Below, one piece after another: positions 1 to 14,700 of a stretch of 64,000 bases of DNA. The stretch comes from Auanema rhodensis (Eukaryota > Animalia > Nematoda). The stretch covers positions 15,314,001-15,378,000 of the forward strand of contig OZ059898.1 of NCBI GenBank assembly GCA_964057225.1, written 5' to 3'. Each line of letters begins with the position of its first letter. The first letter of the stretch is position 1. Made by a program: the position numbers and the translations under genes. The notes beneath the pieces were generated by a model, which saw only the letters and a list, made by a program, of their open reading frames with translations, made no database searches and was not told the DNA's origin.

Positions 1-28
1 GGAAAGAAAGAGAGAGAGAGAATAGAGG

Positions 29-87
<59 letters not shown>

Positions 88-1131
88 ATAAGGAAGGATG
101 AGTTAATGCAACCTTCCTGTCGACTTTGCCGCGATTAAATGACTTGTATAGTAGACACGTCACGTCATCCCATATACATATGCTAATTAAGCTTTTCACA
201 ATATTAAAATAAACATTTATCATATATAATCAGTAAAATCTTGATAAAATCTTAATTCAAAGTACAGATATTGAAAATAAATGTTGAAATGCTGCAGTAA
301 CTGTTGCATTGACGCTAAGTAGTGTAGATGTATCTGGTGAAACATGTATGTTGTTCTTAGCTTTATGGCTTTAAAGAGGACATTTAGCAATATTCCGAGA
401 TAGGAAAGACATTCAAAAACATTTGAAAACAAGCTAATTCAAATAGAAACACTTATTTACTTTCAAAAATAATTAGGACATTTTCTAATATTAGTAAAAT
501 ATGTATTTGAATTATAGAAATTGAATTTAAAAAAGTTGAGATATACATATATGGCTGGAGGAATGATGATGATGATGATGTGATATGATAAAACTTTGTT
601 AGAAATAGTGATGGATAAGCGAGAAAATACAGTATCTGAGGAATTCGAAAATGGATTGAAAAGTTATAAAATATGTTTGTTTGGATGAAGAGAGATCGAC
701 CAAATGAATCGCTTTCTCATCTTTAGCGTGAAGATATCTGTATTGCAAAATCAAGGCTAGCAGCTCAAGTTGCATGAAAGGAACACAAAAGAATTGATGA
801 TGATGATGATGATGCTGTTGGCTTGGTTAGGCTTAGCTATGCTAGCCTAGGGTATGCTAAGATCAGATGGATCTATCACTGGTAGTGATATTGCTGTTGA
901 CGGTAGGGCTTGATCATAAAACCAAATCATGATCATAGCAACAAATGCATTCCGTTGGAAGTAGATCAAAAGCGATCATAAATTTGGATTGGGTATGTAT
1001 CGGCACACTACTCATGATAGTATTTTTGACACAAATTTTCATATAAAGTGTGACCATCAGAAGGTGAACAACGATGCCAAATTACACAAAACTATTTAAG
1101 GGTACAATTCAAAATAGACAGAGAGAGATAA

Positions 1132-1190
<59 letters not shown>

Positions 1191-1617
1191 GTTGACAGGG
1201 ACTGATTGAAAACGTTGAGAGTTTCTATGTTTTATTTAGTATAGATAGACTGAGAATCTCGTTTAATTGGTGAGCAGAGATCGAGAAAATTGGATGAAAA
1301 ATGTACTGAAAGTAATTTACGTAAAACGTTAAATATGAATAAAGTATGATGTCATTGTTTTGAGAAAATTGTCAAAAACTTATCGAAACAACGTTTTTGT
1401 CTAAGAAGAGCATAAGCTTTTCTTCTATACAGTATAAACCTTTATGTTTGAATTTAAGGTATTCATTATATGAAATTGAAAGAGAAAACAGTTTTTTTTA
1501 GAGAAAAAAGCTTGTCAATGAAGATAAGAACAGACATTGGAAAATCATAACGATGAGCAGAAATAGACAAAAAGAAAGATATATGAAGAGAGTAGGTGTG
1601 TGTGTGTGTGTGTATGT

Positions 1618-1660
<43 letters not shown>

Positions 1661-2669
1661 GAAGTGAGAGAAAGAGATGTAAGAAAGGGATTTGTATAAA
1701 GTTTTATATTCAAAGTAACATAATGTATGTTTAAATAAATAAAAAAGAATAAAAGTAAAGTCAATACAATAGTTGGATAAAATTTCGTAAAGCTGATACT
1801 TGGAGTAGTTCTCGTCCTTTTCACCTTTTAGTGTATAACAAAGGAGATGAAGAAAAATCGAGAGATTAGAAAATCTTGTGAATGTTTGAATTCAAAGAAT
1901 TTCAGCGAAAAATTAAAAAACGGAAAAATTTGAAATAGTTTAAAACTATCTTGATTTCAGGAATTGAATTGAACGAAAAAATCATATGAAAATCTGCAGA
2001 ATACAGGATATGGAGAAGAAGGTGAAGAAGAAGTTCGCGTAGAGGGCAACGTCGAAGAAGACGAAGTCAGACGTAGATGAAGACAAATGCTTGAAGCTCA
2101 AGTAAAACGTTTTATTTGAGTTTATCTAACTAACTTTGACTCAAATTCAAATATGAAAATAACAATTTGGGGATTAGAAAGGAGAGAGAGAGAGATAGAA
2201 ATTGCAGAAACAAGTCGTAGTAGTAGTAGATAGATGTGAATGTTAAGGTCAATATTCAATTGTTGCTGCTGTATCCCATTAATATTGTGGCTCGTTGGAA
2301 AGAAAAAAAACGTTTGTGTGGTAGTGATGAAAGGAATATTGTGAAGAAGATGATTGGTTTTTCACTTGATAATCAAGAAAACGATGATGAAGATGATGCT
2401 GATGACGACGATGGGTTGTGAAGAAGATGAAATGAGATAAGGATGATAATGGTTAACCATCATGAAAACGAGAAATCCTTGGAATGGTCATCATGACCAT
2501 CATTGATGAAAATGGAATTAGATCGATGATATGTACGTTATGGTTGATTAGTCAGTTCTGGTTTTCATCAGGAGGGGTTAATGAGAAGTTCTTTATCTGA
2601 GAAAAAAAGGTTTGAACACAAACGATGAAAAAGCTTTTAGAGTTTGAGCTTAGTTAGAACTGCAAGATT

Positions 2670-2679
2670 TGAGAGATAG

Positions 2680-2764
<85 letters not shown>

Positions 2765-2768
2765 GAAA
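2670..2768 (+). repeat. (GA)n microsatellite, representative of more than 20 GA/CT tracts across the window
   Basis: Directly visible. Others lie at about 1-90, 1120-1187, 3302-3403, 27650-27745, 28277-28397, 33893-33963, 39754-39837, 48455-48503, 52915-52980, 54300-54350, 55475-55550 and 63020-63060. Confidence 0.95.
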
Positions 2769-5700
2769 GTTATGAGTAGGAGTATGAAAAAGTAAAGAAG
2801 TTACTTATAGATAAATCAATTTCTTATATACTTCTATATAATATGTTGCATTAAGCCAAGATGGAAAATGAATAAAAGTAGCTAATTGTATGCTAAGCAT
2901 AGTACCCAGTGTTTAATCTAGCAGAAAAAAATGTTATTTTGCTATAAGGAAATGAATTATATTTAGAATGAAGAATGAGGTAAAATAAAAAAAAATGACA
3001 GAGAGAGAGAGAGAAGGGAAGAAGAGAGAGAGAGAGAGAGAACAATGGCCAACAAAGATTTTCATATTTCATATGCACATGTTCTATAATTCATGACTCA
3101 TATGTATGTATGATATCTTAATCTTCGAAAAAAAGGTAAGCAGTTAAGACGAAGCACAACAATCCCTATGGAATACTTCTGATGAATGAAGCTAAATATT
3201 TGATCAAAATCATTGAATTGGCCCATTGCTGGGGGAACATTAGAATTGGAGGAAGTACGTAGATATGCACATCATATGTACTAACGAGGAAACCTTTTAA
3301 ATCTCTCTCTCTCTCTTTCTCTCTTTCTCTCTTTCTCTCTCTCTCTCTCTCGCTCTCTTTCTCTCTCTTTCTCTCTTACTCTCTCTCTCTCGCTCTCTCT
3401 CTATCATAAATACCTTAAGAATGTGATTGAGATGTAATGATACTCTCTGAGAAACATAACTTTTTTTTTGTTAGACATCAATATTATACTTTGAACGAAT
3501 GTAATATTAGATTGGGACAATTAATACAAGTAGCCAATTGAGATATAAATGAAAAAACCCAAAAATAGATTTTAAAATTTGTAGTAGTAATGAGAATAGA
3601 AAGTTGAAAGAAATAGTGAAAGCGATATGACCTGAGAATGAGCTGAACGAACACCATGATATTGAGATAGAGATGGTTAGTTAGAGGTAGAAACAGAAAC
3701 CTAAAATATGAGAGAAAGAGAGAGAAAGAGGGGGGGAGGAGAGGAGAGAAAGAAATTCGGGGAAGCCAAAAGGGAAAAATTTTTAAAATCAAAATAGTAG
3801 ATGACGACGTACAACTACAAGAAGCATTAGGTTGTGTGGGGGGCACGAACGACGTTCAAATATTGATGTGGGACATTATCAGTGACAACACAACTTCTCA
3901 CACAGTCATAACCAACATCATCACAAGCTGATCATCGAACGATAGCTCATCATGTGATCAAGTCATCAGAATGATGATAATAATGGGTACTAAGGAGATC
4001 TTGGAATCAAACAAACGAATCAGAGAAAGGAAAAAGAGAATTACCGAAGAAAGAAAGAAAGAACATGAAATATGAAGTTGTATAAAGAGTGAAAATAAGA
4101 TGTGAGAGAATGATACAATGCTCAGAGAGAGAAAGAGAGAACAGAGTTGTCAGAGAAATATGAAAGAGAGAGAGAGGGGAGGGGGGGGGCTGGAGTGGGG
4201 CAATGAAATACAGAGATTGTCATATTGAAATAACCTTAATGATCAAGAATTAAAAGAAAGGAATGAAGTAGAGTATAATTCGTAAAGAACATGACGTTCT
4301 GAACAGTCATAGCATCTTCCTGATAGTATTGACTTCTCCCATTTTTAATTTTTTTTTTCAATAAAAAGGGGGGCGGAGTGTTGAAAAGTGAATTGAAAGA
4401 CAGAACGACAGACATCTTAACATGTAATCAGGTAGGCTATTAGGCTATTAAGCTAACAGACAATTGCTTTTTAAACTTTTTTTTTTGGATGAAAAAGAAA
4501 ATTCAAAGGAAATTCTAATCGTCATCATAGGTTATCAACTTCTAATATCACCTAAAGGTATACAAAGTGTTGGTGGCTTCTATGAAGAATGGATAGTATA
4601 GGATTAAAAAAAAATGTCCACGGAAGCTATTTTTCTGCAAAAATATTTGAAAATCAGGTTTATCCAAAAACATTTTCAAAAAATATATTGTTTGAAGACG
4701 ACTGAAGACTAGTTGAAACTGTCTAAGACAAAAGGCCGAAAGAATAAATGATAAATGACTAGAGAGTTGAACGAACAGTTTTTGTACAAGTTGTATGATT
4801 TCTGATAAAAATTTCAAAATCACTACTGGAACAGTGCCAGGAAAAAGTTTTGAAAAAAAAACACGATTTTAATACAAATTCATTAAGAGAAGGAAGTGAA
4901 TTGAAGAGCAGAAATATGTTACGAATATGCGAAAAAAAGTAATGAAAATCAAAAAAAAAAAAAAAAGAATTTCAGAAGTAAAATAAAGAAAAAAAAACAT
5001 TAAAAATAGATAATTATAATGTAAAAGCTCATCTAAATCAGTTAATTATGCTAGAATAATTAGAAGAAATCCATATAGTTAATATAATAAATTATTATAT
5101 TGATTACAGGATATTACATGTTCGATCATATACGTACGTTCAAAGTTTAATAGTTCAAAAAATATTTTTTTTTTCGAACTGTTTGACGTATTTGTTGATG
5201 TTTAAGATATATAATGATTTTTAATCCTTATTTAAACTATATAATATAATAATAATAATAATAATAATTATTATTATTATATTTTGAGAATATATTATGA
5301 TTAAATTTAATAATTATATTAAATATCGAAAAACATAATTAGCATATTGATGATACTCACGTTACTTTGTCACGTAATTGGCAACATCAAAGAAACAAAA
5401 GATTGTATTTTGGACATTAGTTTGATGAAGAACGGTTGTTCTCTTTGAAAATGAGGTAATTTATTATTATTATTATTATATTAGTTAATTTCTCTTATAT
5501 ATAGATAGTTAGATAGATAGATAGATAATTAAAAAATAAAATATTTTATAAAATAATATATTTTGATTATACTATATAGTTAAATATAGTTAAATGTAGT
5601 TCAATATTCATATTTCGATCTAATACAATTGTAAAATTTGAATCAAATTTAAATATCTTTTTTCACTATAATTGAAAAATAGATATTACAGTTTAATATT

Positions 5701-8700
5701 ATTAACACAATTAATTAATTCTTGATAATTAGCTAATTATAAATAAAAATTTCCATAATTACTTAGAACAAATGAAAAGTTATATATGGAAAATGGACGT
5801 TGTAGTTTAATTTTAAATTTTCAACTGAAATATACAAAAAAAAAGATAAAATATTTATATATTATAATTAGTAAATATTATTTGATTAGTTATTAATTAT
5901 TTTTTAATATTTTGCTTATTTTGTGATGAGACAATTACATAGTAAATATACTTATATTTATGATTATATTCAATATCATATTGTATTCAATTTTTCATTT
6001 TGAGCTATATAAATCAAAATATAATTTTAAAAGTAGTCCAAGTAGTTTAGTTGAATAGTTAATCTTCTAATTATTAATTATATAATTTTTATTTCTTCGA
6101 ATATTCATTAAATAATATATAATATATAGTATACTATAGTACTAAGTGGTTAACTTGTCTCATTCTCTCCACCCCATCCCACCCTCTCTAGAGTACTACG
6201 AAAAATATATAAAATATGAACAAATTTATTAAATATTATAGTTTTCTTCCTTTAATTTATACTTTCAACTTTTTTTTCTTTCTTTTATATAATATTTTTA
6301 AAATATAATAATTAAGCAATAATAAGAAAACTTTACTTTAACATTAGGATTTATTGAAATTTGAAGTGAGTAAGCCAATAGTCAGAAGTTATTACTTCTT
6401 GATATGATACGGTACTAGAATAGCTTAAGTTGTAATATTTACTTCAATTTCTCCTGTGAGTTCTTTTATCTTCATGTTTAGTGTCTACTAATTTCATTTT
6501 TGTTATTTTATTGTTTCAAATCAGCCATTATGAACCATGGTGATTGTATGCTACAATTAAAAAACTCTTTTAGCTATTTCATCAGTAATTCTGCTACTTC
6601 TTATCCCTTTGGTCTGATTAAGTTGATGTGTCTGGTCTTTGTTACCTCAAAATAATTTTACGAAACTCATACTATGTAATCTGAGAAAATTACTTTTTAA
6701 TAATTTTTTATAATATTATTAACAACAAATGTTTTAACATCATAATATTCATACAGTAAGTTTCTTCTCAAATAGTATTTTTCCAACTTAGTACATCAAT
6801 ATTCTCTCTTGTAACTACTTGTAACTAAGGAAAAACGAGGATCAACGAAGAAATTTAATCTTTTATCTCAAAGACAAAGACAACAATACTATATTTAACA
6901 TTAGCCTGTATATTAGTTTTCTGATAAAATTCTATTTTCTCCTGCAAGTTCGTTCTGTGCAAAACATAGAAATATTATATGTTATGTTTATATTATTTAA
7001 AAAAAATAAATTTAATAATTTAAATGAAAATATTCAAAAACAACTGATAAACTTATCTTTTCTTAAACAGCTCACAGTGTTAGATCAATGAAAATTCCCA
7101 AAACAAAGTACCAACCAACGATAGTCATTGCTTTGAGTTTTTAGATTATAAGTTCATCCATAACGTATAATCTAAAACATTTGTTTGTTTGTTTGTTTGT
7201 TTGTTTATTGATTAATGGCTCAAAGCATATTGACAAGTACAGCTTTTGAGTTTTATACAATGAATCCTGTAATAAACTTTTCTTTTAGTTATTTTCTTAG
7301 TTACAATAAATTTTATAAATTTTGTCAGATTTCATATGACTTTGACTAATTTTTAAAAATGTTTCGGCTATAGTGTTGTTACCCATCCCTCAGTGCGGTG
7401 AGCCAAAGTGTCAAATGTCGAACCAGCGAACAATCTGCTTGTTTGTTGTTTATTCATAAAAAAATACTAATTTACAATTTACTGACATATCAAAAGTATT
7501 TGATATTTGATCCATCACTCTCTACATTCATCTCTTATCTCCCCCCCCCCCCCCTCTCTCTCTCTCTCTCTCCCTCTATGTGCTTACGTATTAACATTTA
7601 TAATCAAGTTTAAAAGTTTTATTAAATTCTCTCACATTAATCTACATAATATAAATCTAAAAAGATTTTTTTTTGTTGGAAATTTGTTGTGATTGACGTA
7701 GTGAATAGATTGTTCTGTGTTTTGTTTTAATCAAATTCAGAGTATTACAAGTAGATGATGACGCAATGAATAAGCATCATATTTCAAAAAAAGAAGAAGA
7801 AGAAGAAGAAATATTATTTTAAAAATAAAAGTTTATTAACTTTTTTTCTCTATTTAGTCGATAAACGACAAACATATACAATCTATAGACAGATACTAAT
7901 TTTCTTTTTTAAAATTAAATTATTTTTTAAAGAATAATAAAAGGAAAATAATAAACATATACTGTATGATAATTAATGAAATAGAACATAAAAAAAAGAA
8001 ATTGAAACATAAACAATAACATTGAAAGTAAAAATAAAGAGAGGGAGGGAAGGAGGGAAGAAGAGAGAGAGAGAGGGGGGGATTGAAGGGGGGAGCGAAG
8101 ATAAAGAGAAATTCTTAGAGAGATAGAGAGAAAATGAAATTTCTTTAATATTTTTATTGTAAATGTATAAAGATAGTAAGGGGAGGAGATAAAGAAGTGA
8201 TAATACGACGACGTTGGAAAAAACCCGCAGATATTCTGGAGACAACTTGAGCTGACATAGACCAAAGCATGCCCTGATGCTAAATACAGTTAGTGTTTTT
8301 TATTTTTTTGAAAAAAAATGGAAAAACGGTTTTACCCAATATTTGGATGTGATTTGAGCTGTATCAGCTCATGACAAAATGAGAGAAAATATGAAATAAA
8401 TTACAATCAAGAGATGTAGAGAAAAGGTAGAAAAATAAAAATTAAAAGGTAGAAAAGAAGGAAAAGGATGACGACGACGTCAACTTAAAGACCGGGATGT
8501 ATGAAAACTGTTTAGGGAATTGCGTAAAGTGGCTACATATGAGCGAGAAGAGCAAGATGAGAGGAATAACATCAGATTGTACAAGTTGTGGTAGACAAGA
8601 AATAGATCGGATCACATAAATTGAAACCGTAGACGAAAAACAATTCTGTTTCGCTGAGGATCTTCCGGAGCAAAATGAGAAACTTTGTAAAGAAATTAGA

Positions 8701-8728
8701 CATTAATATTTCTCGAATCGAGAGACAT

Positions 8729-11700
8729 CTATGCCAAATGATGTAGCACGATGAGCACTATAATACTGCTGAGATAGCCTAAAGCAGTTGTTGAGCCTCC
8801 TGGTGCTTCAGTTACAGTCAATCCGTGATGATTGAAGGAAGGTGATGTTGGTACAGCTGCAAGAAAAATGAGAATTATAATTGATTTCAAAGATTCTTTC
8901 ACATATGGAAGTGAGATAGCTATAGATTATGCTGAAATAAAGTAGTTGAAACATACCTGATGTTAGCTGTCCAGATGGTCTTACTGTAGCTACGACAGCA
9001 TTCATATCATCGTCTATGGGCTCATCACCTGAACCATTGCCAGATCCAGCAAAATCTTCATCATCAAGCCATGGACTAGCAGAACCCTCATCTGGCATCT
9101 GGAAAGTTGAAGCATAAGAAGCATTGTATGTATGTACATATAAAAAATGATTAAATCCAACCGACATATGCAATCAGGAAACTAAAAATGAATTTCAAAT
9201 GAGGCAATATAAACAGGAAATTCTCTTTTTTTGGAGAAATAACAAAGATTTGATGTTTGAATTAAATTTCGGAAAAAAAAATTAAAAGAAATTTAAATGA
9301 ATTTCAAATATTTTTACAAAATAATTATCAAAGTTCAGAAGAATTATCAGAATTTTCTTAATTTGATGACTCATTTTCATGTTTTTTCCCGTATAGTAGA
9401 AGATTGAAAAGATTTTGAATCTAAAAATCTTGTTTTCTATTGGGTGAAACTAAAAATTGAATTTGAAATCTTGGTAAAAGCAAAGAATAGATGATAAGTG
9501 TGAACGAACAAGATATGAGATAGGACTAAAGCTACCTCATTATTGGAAATTTTTGTTCGGATGCCAGTTTGTTAGACAAATTTTCATCTAACTTGTAGAC
9601 AACATTATGATTAGAGAGAGAGAGAGAGAAACAGAGAGAGGGAGATAGAGAGAAAAAAAAGGATTTGTAACTGTTAGATTGATACTCATACGCCAAACTC
9701 TCTGGTGTTTTAACCCTTTTTGAGCAAAAACAGCCATCTCCCCCATTTCTTTGAATCTATGCCAATCAACTATCGGAAGTTTTCTGTTTTCTCAAAAAAA
9801 ATAATATCATTTTCACTAAAATATTTACTTGAAAATCTAGTTTTTCAAGTAATTTCAATGATATTACTGAGAACAAAAGTTCAATATCTAGTCGGTAGCG
9901 ACTAACTGTTTTTCGACGATTTGCTAGCTCAGCTATGGTCGTCGTTCGTCAATAAACATGATGGACAGAGCATCTGCTAGTTTCTGAATCAGAAAAAGAC
10001 AAACTTTAACGAATGACAACACAAGCTTCACTTCATTATCGAATAACTTAGATCTTAGACAAGTTTTGATGGAAATGTCGAAGTTTCCATCTTTTCTTTC
10101 ATTTACAATCTTCAGAACCAACTATAGCTGTATACTACCACTACTGCTACTACTACGCTTTATCTGCGAAGTGATGCACATTTCGATCGTTGAGAATCAA
10201 AATTTGACAAATTGTATCAGAGCTACATGAAAAATACCAAAAGTTCATATTCTATAGATGATATAATCCGAGTTTTACATTTGTAATTTCAACCGGTATT
10301 ATCTCCCTCATATCTTTTCATATTTTCCGTTGGTCTTTGAACATCTCTCCTTTCTCTCTCTCTCTCTCTCTCTTAAACTCTCAAATCTTCAAGTTCATCT
10401 ATGTGACTGTTTCTTTGCCATTTTAAGCTGAAACAATCAGTAACAAACAAGAACAAGAAGAATAAAGAGATGGATGATCTGAGAATTGCAACGATATGAA
10501 GTTAAGAAGAAGAGAGCCAGATAGTGAAAAGGGTGCGACTGACCAAATATGGTCGATTTCCTGGGAAAGTGTCGTCGTGTTACGCTCCCTAATTCTCTGA
10601 GAGGGATTAAGATGAAGTACAAGCTGAAGATATTAGTCATCGTTTACAAGTATAACGTAGTCCGAAACAGAATGTTCTTACAATTCTCTATGCCTTTCAT
10701 CATCCCTTATTTCATTTTGCTTTTGCTTCAACCATATTGAAGTCAAAAAAAGGCAGAAATGAGAAATACTATACGACGACTGGACATGAAAGACAAAGCT
10801 ATTATAACTGATTATATATGAGTTCATGAGGAAACGAAGAAAAAAATGAAGAAGAAACGATGAATAGTTCGAATGAATGAAGAGTGAATAAGGTCTTGTT
10901 GACACAGCTAAAGGCTTCATCTATTCATTCATTTCATATAATATGAATGGGCTATACTATACTTCTAATTGAACTACGTTTACAAGAAAAATAAAAACAA
11001 TTCTTTATGTCTTTTGCTTTCAACAGAAAGAGAAATGCCTACTAATTCTGAGAGGGGAGAAGTGAACATCCATTAGATCACCACTTGTTATAACTTCAAT
11101 ATAGCTGCTTGTGTATATATTACTAATACCATTTGAACATCACTAGTTAGGTCAAATTAGCCCAGAGAAAGAGATCCAACTGTGAATCGAATTCTTCTTA
11201 TAGCATCGTGCAAATACTCTTGTGTTCATCTTTGTTCATAGGAAGCTAGACAACATTCCCAAAACTTCTTGCTCCCCATATGACCTATATGAGCTAGTAC
11301 AGCATCAATCTCAGCTCAATCAAACATATTCCAAGACGTTATATGTCAGAATACATACACATTGTCTGTCAATAAGCCGCTTTGTTTCAATGTAATATAG
11401 CATGATGATGGAAGACCTATATTCAGAAGCTGAATGCAGTTCCGACGACAGCCGACAAGAGACACAGGACTTCATCATCTTTCTATGTATTCTAATGCTC
11501 ACATATGAAGTTTGTAGGAGTTGAGATCCTTTCTCAGATTGCTTGTACTAGTTGCTTGCATAAGCTTCAGGAAGTTCATCGAGTCAGTAATTTCATTCAA
11601 GTTTTAGTCAGCTTTGATTTCATTTTGAATGAAATTTCTTCTATTATCTTCATTCATATCAATATAACAAGCTTTGAAAGCTCAAAGCCATGAATTTCAA

Positions 11701-14700
11701 TAGGTCAAGAACAAGCATAGATACAATCTTCGTCATCAAAAAGCATCACCAATGCTCTTTCCCAGAATTCTAGTCAGAAACAGAGAAAGCAAGATGCGTT
11801 GAAAAGAATAAAGTCGACGAATCATTTAGAGTTAGAATACTAGTATCCAATAACCCAGCACCGGCTAATAAATTCGTGTGGCCGAAACGAAAAATGACTC
11901 CCAGTGGACTTTCCAGCACTAAATGACATGACGAAGCTTGAAAAAAGAGCAAAAAAAGCAGATCTATGGATGATGGTGTTTGCAGCGATGCCAAGATTTT
12001 GGCTGGAGGGTTGAAAGAAGATCAAAGCGATACGTTAGTTTGAAAACCCATTTTTTCTTCTTCGAGATCCCTTAAATGCTTGGACACAAACCCTCATTGG
12101 GACCACCCATAATGATTCTCAGCATTTTTTTTGCAAGTGAAAAAAAAAAGTTTTTTAGCGGAGGAGAGACGGAAGTTCGAAAAAATGTTGCAGAGATAGT
12201 AAACGATGAAATATTTTATTTTGTTTTCAAATACAAAAAACAAAATACTAAAATAGATTTATACTATCCAGACATTTGAAAATTAATTTGTATTTTCGAA
12301 GAAACAAAAAAGGAAATTTATTGTATATTATTCCACTTTTTATTCTTTTGAATACAGGATACAAGAAATTGGTAATAAGTATATAGATTTTAGTTTCCTT
12401 CAAAGAGAACGAAGAGAGAGAGAGAGAGAGGGAGAGAGAGAATATCAGATTGGTTAAATCAAAAACAAATCAAAAAGTGTTGTCTGACATGTATGGGACT
12501 GCGAATACATCAGACAACACAACACAGACTGCATAATTCTGATTTTCAGATCAAAGTCAGGAAAAAAAACTTTTCTTTTCAATTTTCCCTAGAAACAAAG
12601 AAGAAAAATAATTAAAAAAAGAATTAATTTCATGTTATTTTCGGTTGCATGATCTATATGTATCTTAGTACATATCTAGCAGTCCCTCTATCCCACTGCT
12701 ACATTCAATTTCGGAACAAAATCGTTTCATTGCAAGTTGCCTGCGACTTTTCGCCTTGTTTGATATTGCCGAGTTTTTATGAGAGAATTTTCGAGAGAAA
12801 AACAGAAGAATAGCCTTCATTAATGAGTTGAAACAATTCAATTTTCCCTTTCAAACCTATTAGTTCATAGGACCTTTACTTTTAGTCGGCGGAAACCGTT
12901 CGAGATAAGGGCAATCATCAGAAGCTTGTAACTGATTTGCGATGGTATGACAAGTTGTAAGAGAGTGAGTGTGTATGAGAGACGATGGGGGAGAAGAAAT
13001 GACTCGTTTCCATGTTCTCTTCTCTTTATAATACCGAATTCTTAACGAATGTTGCTCTAGTGTGTGAACAAACTATATTCAATGATAGTCGGTTCCGGAT
13101 AAAAACCTTACGAGACCATATACATGACGTCATCGTTAGCCGACATGTCATACTATATTACACCAGAGTGTTAAAAAGAATAAAAAGCTCTTTATATAAG
13201 GTTCTATATAGTTTTTTTCTATTAGAACAACCTGTTTTTCTTATGATTGGTGTGAAACAAGCATGATATTGATGGTGAGACTGGATAGACGGGGAGGAAT
13301 GAGAGACCAGAAGGTGATGCTAGTTCAGTAACTGAACATTGAAATCACATTAGGATCTTAGACAACTTCTTTCATGTTCAAGTCTACCTGCTAAAGTCAC
13401 TGAAATGTTTCGACATATAGAAGTTGCAGTGTTAAGAGAGATAGAGAGAGAAAGAGAGAACGAGAGTAGAAAGAGTCTAAAGAGAGCAACTAGTTGACTA
13501 CTCCTCCGATCACATTAAACGGCGACGATGAAAAAAACGGAAAAGCAGTTAAAATTTCATGAATGAACATAAGTTTTCCGGTTATAACAAAGACACATTG
13601 ACAGAATTTGATGAAAATCTCCGGAAGGTTAGAGACAACGAATGTTGCTCAGGATTATTGAGCATTTTCGATGGAAAGAATATTCGAGGCTCACCTCCCC
13701 TTATCGGAGTATGTTCTGAAAAATATCTCTCCATGTACAAACATTTTCTGATGTTGCTGATGTTCTTTAATCCATTGAAGCCTCTCTGATCTTTATATGT
13801 ATGGCCTTGTTCATTTACAAAAAGAAAACACTGCAGATACATAGAATTACAGCTTCATCATCATGTTTGAACTTATTCGTCAAACAAGCTGATTTTTCAA
13901 GTTCGAAAAAATCATTCTATTGCTCCAGAAACCTTGAACAAACGAATATATGAACTGTTAGAACTCAGTGGAACCCCCTTCCCTTCTCCCCCACAACACC
14001 GCACCCTTTTATATGTTGTAACTATCTCTGCTATGAAACACATGACGCATTCAGATCACACGAAGCGTATCACTCATGCGACAACGTTCGTTCTGCTGTT
14101 CCGGATCCGAAAAGAGTTAGGCAGAACGACTGACTACTGGCGTCAGCACGATGAAATAACAAAACAATGGAATGTCAAAACGTTCCAGAGAAGAAAGAAT
14201 GAAGAAGAAAAAGAAGATGAAGAATACGATGAATGGACCATATATGACGAGTGTACATGTCTGGTACGGTTTTGATTCTATTGTATAACTACTGATCATC
14301 ACGCACGCAAGATGAGCAACAACAGAAGACACAATATGACCTTTACATCAGTTCCCCAATTCTCAATCACGTTGGTTTGTAGCCGCCTACTATAACATAA
14401 GAACTACTTGGAGTAGCCAGTATAAGAGCTGCAAGACATGTAATCAGGCAAGCCAGTCGGAGCCATAGTACTCAAGTCCATAGCAACAAGCTGTTTGGCA
14501 CTTCAATATTGGAAATATATTTTTCTACCCAGACAATCTGTGTGTTGCTGTATCGTATACTTGGATTGAGGACAGGCGAACAACAAGACTGTTGTTTACA
14601 AATTGAAACTAAAAGAACGAGACTTTCTTGAAAAACTTGGAAATGTTCTTGAAATTGAGAACTGTCCCGTTCATTCTCTTTCACTTTTTCTTTTTTTCCT

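Noticed and set aside
1498-3846. ORFs rich in SLSLSL or ERERER, here and at 27524, 28254, 33870, 39689, 55327 and 56409
   Set aside because: These are translations of GA/CT microsatellites.
5350-7170. Exon-like segments on the minus strand with splice-like borders
   Set aside because: Stops occur in all frames; these could be UTR, lncRNA or relic sequence, but no model is supportable.
9518-9540. TGAGGTAG let-7-family seed on the minus strand within the lon-2 intron
   Set aside because: No complementary arm nearby, so no pre-miRNA hairpin.
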